Shown: positions 1 to 10,282 of the stretch, one piece after another | Numbering within the stretch: position 1 is the first letter of the stretch | Layout: each line of letters starts with the position of its first letter | NCBI GenBank assembly: GCA_965178125.1 | Contig: OZ237744.1 | Span: forward strand, 1,116,001-1,180,000 | DNA: 64,000 bases | Reading direction: 5' to 3' | Source: Bilabrum cf. latius | Taxonomy: Eukaryota | Made by a program: the position numbers and the translations under genes | Notes under the pieces: model-generated | Told to the model about the DNA's origin: nothing | Database searches by the model: none | The model's input: the letters and a program-made list of their open reading frames with translations, nothing else

Positions 1-3000
1 AAGAACGTGCTTCCACTTGAACCGAGGGACATGCAGCCCGCCACTCCGGCCGACCTGCGAGACCCCGCCCTCGTGCGGTGCCTGGCCCAGCAGGGGGTGC
101 GGGAGCTCAACCCGGTGCAGACCCAGGCCTTTCAGTCCCTCTTCCGCTCCGACGCAAACGCAGTGGTGGCCGCGCCCTGCGGAAGCGGCAAGACGCTGTG
201 CGCGGAGCTGGCCGTGATGCGGGCCTTCACTCAGGACGAGGACGCGACTGTCGTGTACGTGAGCCCCGTGCCCGAGCTGGCCGGGGTGGTCTTTGAGCAG
301 TGGAACCGAACGTTCGGCGAGGGGCTGGACAAGATCGTGGTGGAATTGACGGGCGAGGTGTCGGCCGACCTGAGGCTGCTGGCAGGGGCCCACGTGGTCA
401 TCGCGACCGCGCACCAGTGGGAGCAGGTGGCGCGGCGGTGGCAGGAGCGGAGGGCCGTGCGCGAGGTCGCCCTCTTCGTGTTCGACGACGTGCACATGAT
501 TGCCTCGGAGCAGGGGGGCGCGGAGCTGGAGGCGGCCATCTCCAGGACGAGGTTCCTGGCGAGCAGGGCAAGGAGCCAGCTGCAGTCCGCCCTGCGACAG
601 AGGGAGGCGGAGGGCAAGAGCGGCGCAGGGGGGGACGAGGACGAGGACGAGGACGAGGGGCTGCCGCCGCCTCCTCCCCGCATCGTGGCCCTCTCGGCGC
701 CGCTTGCCAACTGGAAGGACTTCGTGGAGTGGTTGGGTGCCCCCGAGAGCGCGCAGCTGTGCTTCGACGTGCACGCCAGGCCCCTCCCCCTTGACGTGCG
801 CCTGCAGGGATTCGACGTGCCCTCGCCCCCGGCCAGGATCGCAGCCATGTCAAGGCCGGTGTACCACCACCTGAACAGGAGGTGCGCCACACCGGAGGAG
901 TACGATCACCCCCTGGACGGCCCGGCTGCGGCTGCGAGCGGCGGTGCGGCCAGCATGACCGACGGGCAGGAGGAGGAAGGCTCGGCGGTTCCCGCTGTGG
1001 ATCGCCTGGGTCCCAGCTGGCGGTCGTCAATGGCCAAAGCCCGGAACGCGATCGTGTTTGTTCCCTCGGCCCGGCAGGCGCAGCTCAGCGCACTCTCTGT
1101 GCTTACTCTGGCGGCCGCGGACAACACCGGGGTGCGCGGTGCCGCTAGGTTCCGCAGAGGGGACCCCGAGGCGCTGGCCCGCGTGGCGCGGTCCGTGTCG
1201 GACGAGACGCTGACGTACTGCCTGAGCCTAGGGGTGGGCTTCCTGCACGACGGGCTGTCCCAGGAAGATCAGAACGCGGTCTTGGGCGCGTTCACGGACG
1301 GCAGGGCCGGCGTGATCGTTGCCGCGGCGGAGCGTGCGTGGGCGCTGGGCTCGATCAAGGCGCACACCGTAGTGATCGCCGACACGCAGAGGTACGACAG
1401 CTCCATCCGGGGGTGGGCCGATTACCCGCTGCCACTGATGCTGCACATGGTTGGGAGGGCCGGCAGGACCGGCATCGACGAGGACGGGGCCTGCGCCGTG
1501 CTGTGCGCCGCTTCCAGGCGGGACGGCCTGCGAAGCTTCTTGTTCGAGCCACTCCCCGTGGAGAGTCTCCTCGACCAGGAGCTGGAGGAGCACCTGAACG
1601 CTGCCGTGGCAGAGGACCGCGTGAGGTCGACGCACCTGGCCATGGAGTGGACCTCCTGGACGCTGCTCTCGAGGCGTCTCAGGAAGAACCCGAACTTCTA
1701 CAACCTGCAGGGGCGCTCCTCCAGGCACCTCTCCGACCACGTCAGCGAACTCATCGAAGGTTCGCTGAAGGAGCTCTCCGAGACGAGGTGCGTGGCACTT
1801 GCGGACGAGGCGGCCATCGCCCGGGGTTGGGTCGACGACGCTGGCAGGGTGTCCCTGCCGCCCGCAGCGGGGCTGGACCCCGAGGACGTGGAGGACCTGG
1901 TGGAGCCTCTGAACCTGGGTCTCGTGGCGGCGTACTACGGCATTCGCCACACCACGATGGAGGTGATGCACGTGGCCCTCTCTGCCCGCACCAAGCTCAA
2001 GGGGTTGCTGGAGGTGCTGTGCGCCTCTCACGAGTGCAAGCAGGCGTGCCCGCTGCGCAGGGGGGAGGAGGCCGGGCTGCGGCGAGCGGCGTCACACCTG
2101 CCCCTGTCCATGCCGAAGGAGGCAAGGTACGACGACCCCGCCACCAAGGCCAACATCTTGCTGCAGATGCACTTCAGCAGGTCGGCGGTGAGCCAGCAGC
2201 AGCAAAAGGACCTCCGGCGGCTGCTCCGTGCCGCCATCCCGGTGCTTCACGCGATGGTGGACGTGGTTGCATCGAGCGGCTGGGCCCGCCCCGCGATGTT
2301 GTGCATGGACCTGTGCCAGATGGTGGTGCAGGGGCTCTGGGTGCAGAAGGACTCCCCCCTGCTGCAGGTGCCTCATTTCGGGGCGGAGCACGTGGAGAGG
2401 GCCAGGGCCATCGGTGCCGGGGCGGGGGCGGAAGGAGAAGGGAAGGACGGGGAGGAGGAGGAGGAGGAAGAGGAGGCCGTGGAGACCGTGTATGACTTGC
2501 TGGAGATGGAGGACGGGCCCAGGATGAAGCTGCTGTCCATGACTCCGGCGCAGGTCGGCAGTGTGGCGGCCTTCTGCAACAGGTACCCCTCGCTGGAGGT
2601 GCAGTGGGGCGTGGTAGGGGCGGATGGGGTGCTGCGGAGGGGTGCCACGGAGGAGGACGAGGAGGAGGACGAGGATGAAGATGAAGAGGGGGAGAAGGAG
2701 CCGGCACACAAGGAGTTCAGCGTGACGGAGGGCCAGACGGCGCAGCTGGTGGTGCGCCTGGAGCGGGAGGGGGGCACGGAGGGGCTGGACGAGGGCGCCG
2801 GCATCGGGGCTGTTCTCTCGAGGACCTTCCCCGGGGCCAAGAGCGAGCACTGGTGGGTGGTTGTAACCGAGCCTTCGGCCAACCGGATCCTGGCCATCAA
2901 GCGGGTGACCATCGGCAAGCACGCCAAGGCCAGGCTCGAGGTAGAGGCACCCCCTGGCACTGGCAAGCACCAGTGCCAGCTCACGATCGTGTGCGATAGC

Positions 3001-3138
3001 TATGCGGGGTGCGACTCGCAGTACAGCTTCGAGCTGGACGTGGTGGAGGGCGAAGACGTCGATGAGGACGAAGACGAGGACGAGAACGAGGACGCTGGTA
3101 GCTCAGCCGCGACTGGCCAGGCACAGATGGAGACTTGA
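1..3138 (+). CDS. BRR2: U5 snRNP helicase Brr2/SNRNP200, C-terminal part (second helicase cassette + Sec63 domain); 5'-truncated by the window edge
   Basis: LNPVQTQ, APCGSGKT, DDVH, MVGRAGR, NPNFYNLQG..RHLSDHVSELIE, PLNLGLVAAYY and CDSYAGCD match the Brr2 C-terminal cassette. Ends TGA 3136-3138. No in-frame TAG. Confidence 0.95.
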   Translation, partial: KNVLPLEPRDMQPATPADLRDPALVRCLAQQGVRELNPVQTQAFQSLFRSDANAVVAAPCGSGKTLCAELAVMRAFTQDEDATVVYVSPVPELAGVVFEQWNRTFGEGLDKIVVELTGEVSADLRLLAGAHVVIATAHQWEQVARRWQERRAVREVALFVFDDVHMIASEQGGAELEAAISRTRFLASRARSQLQSALRQREAEGKSGAGGDEDEDEDEGLPPPPPRIVALSAPLANWKDFVEWLGAPESAQLCFDVHARPLPLDVRLQGFDVPSPPARIAAMSRPVYHHLNRRCATPEEYDHPLDGPAAAASGGAASMTDGQEEEGSAVPAVDRLGPSWRSSMAKARNAIVFVPSARQAQLSALSVLTLAAADNTGVRGAARFRRGDPEALARVARSVSDETLTYCLSLGVGFLHDGLSQEDQNAVLGAFTDGRAGVIVAAAERAWALGSIKAHTVVIADTQRYDSSIRGWADYPLPLMLHMVGRAGRTGIDEDGACAVLCAASRRDGLRSFLFEPLPVESLLDQELEEHLNAAVAEDRVRSTHLAMEWTSWTLLSRRLRKNPNFYNLQGRSSRHLSDHVSELIEGSLKELSETRCVALADEAAIARGWVDDAGRVSLPPAAGLDPEDVEDLVEPLNLGLVAAYYGIRHTTMEVMHVALSARTKLKGLLEVLCASHECKQACPLRRGEEAGLRRAASHLPLSMPKEARYDDPATKANILLQMHFSRSAVSQQQQKDLRRLLRAAIPVLHAMVDVVASSGWARPAMLCMDLCQMVVQGLWVQKDSPLLQVPHFGAEHVERARAIGAGAGAEGEGKDGEEEEEEEEAVETVYDLLEMEDGPRMKLLSMTPAQVGSVAAFCNRYPSLEVQWGVVGADGVLRRGATEEDEEEDEDEDEEGEKEPAHKEFSVTEGQTAQLVVRLEREGGTEGLDEGAGIGAVLSRTFPGAKSEHWWVVVTEPSANRILAIKRVTIGKHAKARLEVEAPPGTGKHQCQLTIVCDSYAGCDSQYSFELDVVEGEDVDEDEDEDENEDAGSSAATGQAQMET

Positions 3139-3214
3139 GTGCCAGATCCATATGAAGCAAACAAACCATTTGGTACAAAATCTATCAGACAATTCGATGA
3201 ACGCGCTGCAGAGT

Positions 3215-3529
3215 TTACGATCCACCACTGCCAGACGCGGCGCCTTTCTTTTCTTCTTGTCTGGCCTTCTCTCCTCTCTCCGCCAGCCTTCGCGGATTGT
3301 TCTGCAGCAAAAAATGGGCGAGAAAATCTACTGGGTCCGGCGGTCGCTCCTTGGCCAGTTGGGTTAGGCCATCCAGCAGCAAAGCGGAGACGGTGCTATC
3401 AAAGTATGCTCGTGCTGGCAGCGCGTCCAAACCGGCTTCGGGCACGTCCCCCTTCGCAGCTGCATCTAGAGCTGCTTTGGCCTCTTCCTTTGTTGTTGCT
3501 GCCGCTGCTGCCATTCTTTCAGCGCTCAT
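3215..3529 (-). CDS. DPY30: Dpy-30 motif protein
   Basis: [46 protein letters not shown] is a typical Dpy-30 dimerisation motif. Ends TAA. Start ATG at 3529 is inferred. Confidence 0.85.
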   Translation of the reverse strand: MSAERMAAAAATTKEEAKAALDAAAKGDVPEAGLDALPARAYFDSTVSALLLDGLTQLAKERPPDPVDFLAHFLLQNNPRRLAERGEKARQEEKKGAASGSGGS

Positions 3530-3724
3530 CGTCGATAATGCTCGAACGGAAGCTGTTGCGGAGCAGTGCAATGCACCCAATCTTGGTTGCCAGCAGTGCA
3601 TTGCACTGCTCTGCAACATTCGCGCACGTGGCTAATTCTGCTACTGCATCCAGCATTATTGGAGCGTGCGTGCCGATTATACTTGGTATCCAATATTGTA
3701 GCTTAAGTGCATCGAAGCGTAACG

Positions 3725-4573
3725 ATGGCATCGGTGTCTACGTCAACTGCTGCCGACCCAAGCTCAGGAGGCGACTCAAAGTACGGTGGCTACCTCCCAG
3801 AAGGTGATGAGAGCAGAGGCATTGTCGAAGACATGCTGAAAAAATGTAGAGAGGCGCTTCTTGCCAATGTGGGAGACAAGGACAAGAATTTGGATGGCTT
3901 TGAGTGGTCTGAGAGGCAGGCCGCCTCGACTGGAAAGGGCGTGGTAAAGAGCGCGTCCACAAAGGCTGGCGTGACTTCTTGGAAATGCGAAATAACTCTT
4001 CCGTATTCACCATCGGTGCTCAAAGAAGCAATCAGCCCCGTCAATCGTGTCAAATGGGACACGCAGGTGCGATCCATCGACGAGAAGGCCTTCATCCCCA
4101 CTGGGCGCTCCGGCGTGACCTGTGCCGTGACGATATACTCTGTCAATGGCGCACTCGTCATATCCGCCCGTGATTTCTGCGACTTGAGCTTCCACGAGAG
4201 CGAGGAGGACGGGTCCGTGCTCCTCTACGGCAGGTCGATTGAGACCGAGAAGTACCCCGAGCAGTCCGGCTTCGTCCGCGCCGAGAACTTGGCGGGTGGG
4301 GGATGGGTAATCCGACCCGTTGATGCGTCAGCTGGAAGTAGCAGCGACAGCGGCAGCGCTACGAAGAGCGAGGGGAGTCCCAGCGCAATCTCGATTCACT
4401 CCAGGTGCGCATATCTCATCATGTCCGATCTCAAGGGGTGGCTTCCCTCGTGGGCGGTCGACCAGGCCATCGTGGGTACCTACAACACGTTCTTTGCGGA
4501 CCTGACCAAGTTTCTGGAAGAGACTGACGACGGCAAGTTGATTTGTGCCAAGTTTGCGGCCTCCAAAGACTGA
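3725..4573 (+). CDS. START-domain lipid-transfer protein
   Basis: RVKWD, VISARDF, PEQSGFVRAEN and DLKGWLPSWAVDQ are START-domain hallmarks. Ends TGA. Confidence 0.88.
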   Translation: MASVSTSTAADPSSGGDSKYGGYLPEGDESRGIVEDMLKKCREALLANVGDKDKNLDGFEWSERQAASTGKGVVKSASTKAGVTSWKCEITLPYSPSVLKEAISPVNRVKWDTQVRSIDEKAFIPTGRSGVTCAVTIYSVNGALVISARDFCDLSFHESEEDGSVLLYGRSIETEKYPEQSGFVRAENLAGGGWVIRPVDASAGSSSDSGSATKSEGSPSAISIHSRCAYLIMSDLKGWLPSWAVDQAIVGTYNTFFADLTKFLEETDDGKLICAKFAASKD

Positions 4574-4872
4574 CTACATGCATTTGATAGATTTACCCAT
4601 CACGTCGCCTTCTATTTTAAACTTGTTGCATTCTCTTCGACATACACAAGGGACTCTGCTCGCTGTTTTAGGATGGCTTTCAAGTTATCGACAGCTCCGG
4701 CGTCGACCAGTATGTGCTCACTGTCAAGAACAGTGGCAAACTGCTCCCCAGCAGGGGTGTTTTCGTTCACAAATCGTATTAAAGCAATCGTAGCAGCATC
4801 ACTGCGACATGCCAGGGAAAGTGATACGCAAACAGTCGGCTCGCGTCCACAACAAAATCAGAGCTATGCAAC

Positions 4873-5652
4873 GTGCGAGAGGGCTCACCTGCTTATGAGC
4901 ACCCCTTTCTGCATCCGTGGCATATCGGCCTGTTGGAAAGCTTGACCCAAGCTGATGTCCTCGGTACGATTGTTACGCTCCTTGCGATCAAGCCGGCTGA
5001 AGTAGCCAGTTGCAACCGGCGGCGGGTGCCTCACCTGAAACCACATCCACGATTGAGAGCAGCCAGGATGGCTGGTGAACCAATGCAAGCATGCGATCAC
5101 TGCGTTCGGAATGGCTTGGCTGACGGCAGCTGCTGCCCAGCTCGAGCCGTGGAGGAGGCCGTTGGACGCGTGTGCAGAGCATGGCTAGCCGTATCCTATG
5201 AATTGAGCAAAGCTCCGCTTGCAGGGATACCTAGCGAGCCTGTGTCGCCCGAAAAATCCATAAGTGCAAGCCAACATGCTGTGTCGTGCAGTTCTCCGGC
5301 AGATGCGGACGTGGTCCCCACGACCGACGAGCGAGCACTTGCTCGCACTATCAAGGAGACTGCTTCCAGTGGCAGTGGCCCCGCAAGCCCGACCTCGGCA
5401 CGCCCGAGCTCTCTGTCTGATGTTCCTATGCAGAAAAAAATTCGTCCCAGGATTGCAGTGTGTAAACGCAAGTCCCGCCATGCAGCTGACGGGGAGGCCC
5501 GCGAGCAGCAGCTGCCCGTGCCCGAACGAGAGGGCAACCGTGGCTCTATGGCGGAGTCATGCGAGGCTGCGAGCTCACGAAAGATGCGACTCGCTGCTCG
5601 TCGAAAGAGACAAGGACAAACAGAAGATTGGGCCGGTTGGCATGATCGTTAA
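4873..5652 (+). CDS. Hypothetical protein; 5' structure uncertain, possibly spliced from about 4673
   Basis: 259-codon open frame ending TAA, filling the gap between neighbouring genes. No recognised domain. Confidence 0.4.
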   Translation: MREGSPAYEHPFLHPWHIGLLESLTQADVLGTIVTLLAIKPAEVASCNRRRVPHLKPHPRLRAARMAGEPMQACDHCVRNGLADGSCCPARAVEEAVGRVCRAWLAVSYELSKAPLAGIPSEPVSPEKSISASQHAVSCSSPADADVVPTTDERALARTIKETASSGSGPASPTSARPSSLSDVPMQKKIRPRIAVCKRKSRHAADGEAREQQLPVPEREGNRGSMAESCEAASSRKMRLAARRKRQGQTEDWAGWHDR

Positions 5653-5713
5653 GTGGCATGAAGCGTCGATGTCGCAGTCAATTTGTGTGCATTCGTTTCT
5701 ATTTCTCAATCAA

Positions 5714-8700
5714 TCAACAAGAACTGTCCCCAGCAACCGCCGGGGCCGAGCTAGTACGCAGGCCGCCACCACCCTGCCCCCCCCCTGCCTGTGCCGCTGC
5801 CGCTACCGCAGCCGCCTGGGCCTGGGCATGCTCGTCTGCCTCCTGCTGGGCCTAATGTGCCTCCAAGCGAGCCCGAGCCTCTGCCAGGGCATGCGCATGG
5901 GCGTGTGCCCTCGCAAACTCGTACCTCTGGTGCGCCAGCTGCTCGTACTCGCCCGCGTCTAAGTCATCATGATCCTCGGGGACGTACCGCAGGCCGTACG
6001 CCGCGGCAGCGTACTCATCCACGTCCTCAGGGTGCAACGCATGGTGGTGGTGCAACGGGTGGTGGCCCCCCGCCACGGAGGCTACCGCAGCCGCGTACTC
6101 CGGGGGGTACAGCCTATCAAAATCATCCTCCTCCTCGTCCTCCTCCTCGTCCTCTTCGTGCACCCCAGCGACACCTCCGTCCCACCCCGGCACAACGTTA
6201 CCTTCCCCTCCCGCCCCATCCATGTGCCGTCCCCTGCCCCCATCCCCCGCTCGCGCAATGGCAGCCACTTCCTGCTCCTCCCTGTATTTTCGGTAGGCCT
6301 GCCTCGACCCGCCCTCGCTACCGCCGCCCGCGCCCCCCCCCCTGCTGCCCTCATGCCGCATCGAAGAGGCGCCTTCCCTGCCGCGGCTGCCCTCTGCCAC
6401 AGCGCCGTGACCGCCTTCCTCCTCCTCCCCGTCCTCATCTCCAGCTTGCCCTCCATCCCCATCCGCATCCCCATGCTCAATCAGCCCGCGCTCCTTGAGC
6501 ACCATCAGAGCGTCCGCGTATGCCCTCCTCAGCTTGCCCAGCTTGGACCGAGCGGCATAGGCCACCGAAGACTGGTCCTCCGCTCGTCGACGCGCCTCGG
6601 CTGCCTGCCTCTCCAGAGCGCCCGCTCGCTCCCGCCATGCGCCGGCCTCCGCCTCGGCGGCCCCCAGGGCCCCCCGCAGCCGCAGGCAGGCACCCACGAG
6701 CGCCGGCCGCGACAGGTCCTTAGGACTCGCTGCGGGGCGCGCCCCCTCCCCCTCCATGCCGCCGAAGGAAGCATCCCCCGCGCTGTGCACCCCCATGGAG
6801 AGGGGCTGCAGCTGACCATCCACGCCTCCACCTCCTGGTGTCTTGCGCTCCTCCGACCCGAGCCCCCCCGCAGAGCCGGGGGGCGTGCTCGCCGCCGAGT
6901 CACCCCCCTTGCTCTCCACGAGGTGTGACGAGTGCAGCCTAGGGGCCTCCCCTAGCCGCCTGCTTCGGTCCCTATCCATGGCCGCGGCCTCCTCCTGCTG
7001 CGCCCGCCGAAGCAGGGCGGCTGCCACTGCGTCTGCGGCGGCGGTGGCGACGGTCCTGTCCGCCGGCTTGTTGCCCTTGCCTCCCTGTGGCCTGCCCGCG
7101 TGCATGCCCTGGGCCCGCAAGGAACCCGCCAGTGCGCCGGCCACCGAGGTCTTGCGAGCGAATGCAAGCGCTCGGTTGCCCGCCGGAGCACTTGCTCCGT
7201 GCTCGCTTTCCTCCTGCCGCATCCCCCGCTCCAGCGCCTGCAGCAGCAACCCGCCGCCCTCCCCACCCCTGCCAGCGTGTTCCCCAGCGCTCCCCTACTG
7301 AACCAGCTCCACCGCGGCTCTTGCCTCCTCCTCGCAGCCCCTGGCAGCCTTGAGGAGCAGGAACTCGAGCGGCCCGCAGAGCCCCGCCACCGCGCGCACC
7401 AGGTCCACGTGCGCGCCCAGTCGGCGGCCCGCTGCCTCCATCTGAAGGGAGGAGCGGCTCGGGAGCGGCGGGGACGACTCAACGACGCCTGTGCCTTGCG
7501 GAACCACTCCGCTGCGCGGTGCCGCGCTCTCCTTCCGGGTTTGCCTCGCCGCCGCGGCCCGCCTGGCCAGTGCGGCCTGGGATGCTTGGGCTGCCTTGGC
7601 TGCCCGCTCGAGCGCTGCCACCTCCAGGAGCGAGGCGGTCTCGCTGCGCCGAGCAGCTGCTTCCTCCAGTGACGTCAGTGCTCGCACGAGCTGAGCAGCT
7701 GCTCGAGATCCGGCCCCCCCGCCCGCTCCCGAGCTGCCCACCACCGACCCGCCCAGCATGCTGAACGTACTGCCCTTCCCACCGCCTGCACCCGCGGTTC
7801 CACGCAGCAGGGCAGCCCCAGGGGCTAGCATGCTGCCGGGCCCCCCACCCGACGTGTCCAGGGCCCCAGAGAGCGAGTCCAGAGCGCCTGCGGTGCCGGG
7901 CCCCGCGCTGCGCCCGCCCACGCCACCAAGCTTGGAGCGCCGGAGGGAGGGCGGTAAGGATAGAGCTCCCTTGGCTCCGCCCTTGCTGCCATGCTTGCTA
8001 CCACCCCCGCTACCACCCCCGCCGCCGCTGCCTGCGTGCTTATGCCGGCTCACGTGAGAGCTCGCGTGGCCCTGGCCATGCCCGTGACTGCTCGTCCCGC
8101 CAAACGTTGCGGGAGCCTCGGCGGTAGATGAAGTACCAGCGATTGTAAACACGCTATCTTCGTTTGCTCTGCCATGCGCACCTTTGCGTCTGCGCGTCGG
8201 CCCGGCGGCGTGGTGCTTGGCGGCACCCGCATCCGTCGTCGACGCGCTCGCTTGGTCAAGCCATGCGGATGGCGCACCCCCAAGCGAGGATGGCAAGTTT
8301 GAAAGTGCGCTTTGCTAGTCGAGTCCGCGCGAAGGAGTAGAGACTTCGCTGCTCGGTGTTTGCTCTTGCTATCCCTTCCTTCGCCCAGCGATTGGTGTCG
8401 TCATGATGGTGTCCTTGCCCTCCAGTAGCTTGCTAACCAAACTTCCGTTAGTGGACAGAAGCTACGACTCATCATTACTGTGCGGACTTTGAGATCTAGC
8501 TCTCAAGGAAACCGTGGAGTGCTGTGTGCTGGCAGTTCCCGAGTGCGCAACGGATTGCCGTCCAGCAGTTTCTCCTGTTGCGCCTGCGCCCCTTTCAGCA
8601 GCAGTCTCTCTTTTTCGGCTCATCAGTAAAGTTGCATCAAAACTTTCTGATATGGGCTCATTGAGCGACCTTCGCGCCCTCCTGCGTCGATCCGGCTGCC

Positions 8701-8836
8701 GAGACGCCCCATCGGGAAGTATCGGGGACTGCAGGATATCTGAGCCTATTGCAACGGTATGCAGGCCAGAAACTGGGCGACGGCCGCGCTGTACACGTCT
8801 GTACTATGTCAAAGCTTGTGATTGTGGCGTGTTCAT
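5714..8836 (-). CDS. Hypothetical low-complexity/coiled-coil protein (~1040 aa with TAG=Gln)
   Basis: ORFs 8804-9010, 7295-8296 and 5852-7249 share one frame, broken only by TAG at 8804, 8462, 8369, 8315, 7295 and 5852. Ends TGA 5714. Context LEAH*AQQEADEHAQAQ. Start may be 8836 or 9010. Confidence 0.7.
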
Positions 8837-9013
8837 ACCAAGTACTTCAATGCTGCGATCAATATCTGCAGTAAAGTATCGGATCACGTGTCCGTTCGCA
8901 CAATACCGGATTTGCCCGTGTTTCGCACGCAACCGCTCTTCGGCCTCACGAACCAGGTTACCAAAACGGGTCGCGCTGGCCGCTTTTCTGTGCAATAACA
9001 TAGCAACCATCTC

Positions 9014-10005
9014 TCACTGCCTCCCCCTTTCAGAATCCGCTGGCGCCCCATCGCTGCCTGTCCTGTCTCCTGCGTGAGCTTCACCCGAGTGCTCCTGCTG
9101 CTCCTGCTGCTGCTGCTGCCCGCCGTCGACACCGTGCGTCTCTCCAGCTCCTGCTGCAGTGGATCCGCTGCTAGCTTGGGTCTTCGTGATCCCAACTGCT
9201 GCTGCTAGAGTCCCCAGCTGATCCTAGGCATAACCCCACCAGCCCTGTGCGCCTGTCTGTGTCCGTGCGCTGCCGCTGGACCCTGCAGGGGCTGCGGAAC
9301 TTCTTGAGGCATCGGTGGTGCTGTTAGGGTGCATCGTCCCATGCTATGCGATCGTTTGCTACGCTGAGCTGGCTGCGTCGCGGGGGTGATCTGCCGGGGC
9401 CCACCAAGACTACTAGGGAGATGCAGCTTCCGTATCTCTGGAATCGATCGCCGTCGGTAGAACAGGCGGCAATCCCAGAGCCTTGTCTATGCGATCCAAC
9501 CTGGCTAAAATTAGCTCATTGCGCTCCTCAAGAGCTTCGAAGCGCAGATTTCGGACTTTCTCCTTGTACTTTCTTCTCGTTTCCTTTGCCTCCTTGGCAT
9601 TCGCTGAGGCGATCTGGCTCCTGGTGTATTCGAATGACATGACAGCGACAGCTACAGAGAAGATGAACATCTCTGATATAAGGTCTGCTCCTTGTTGAAC
9701 AGCCGCTGATTCGGACAGATTCTTAATGCTCCGTGGTTCATGCCCAAGAAGCCGTACTTCCATTGTGATCATGAGCCTGTTTGTGGCGTTTCCAAAGCCA
9801 ACGCACATTGCCTTAAATCTTTCATGTGCTGCAGTTGGGGCGAGGGCTGCATTGAATCCGGCAGTTCTTTGCCATCGCAAGCGAGCATTTACGTTCGACT
9901 TGCTCAGCACTCACATTTTGCGTAGTCCTTGATCTATTTTGCAATGGGTTTCGCCAGCGTGCGAACAAGCAACGAACCTAGCTTCAGTAGCGGTATTTGT
10001 GCCAT
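9014..10005 (-). CDS. OPA3: OPA3-like protein with a long low-complexity C-terminal extension
   Basis: MAQIPLLKLGSLLVRTLAKPIAK*IKDYAK and LSESAAVQQGADLISEMFIFSV match OPA3. Intron 9829-9914. TAG at 9934, 9413, 9410, 9359, 9344 and 9224; first non-TAG stop is TGA 9014. Confidence 0.88.
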
Positions 10006-10282
10006 GGCCTCGCCTGCATCTGTTTTTCTGAGAGCTTTGTTGCAGTGGGGCCGGGTCAAGGCAGACGGGTGACGAGTGATTGCCCACCACACCACAAACC
10101 TGCCAGCAGTGCCACTTTGGTTGCACACATGCTTGCTGCGAGTTGCGCTGTAGCTTCGGGTGGTAAGTGCAGTGCTCGTGTGCGACCTGTGAATAACATT
10201 CGTGCCATACAGTCAATGCAACACAAGCCTAGCCACTTGATGTGGCACCCACCATACCCAGGCGCTCTCCGCCCACTGGCAG

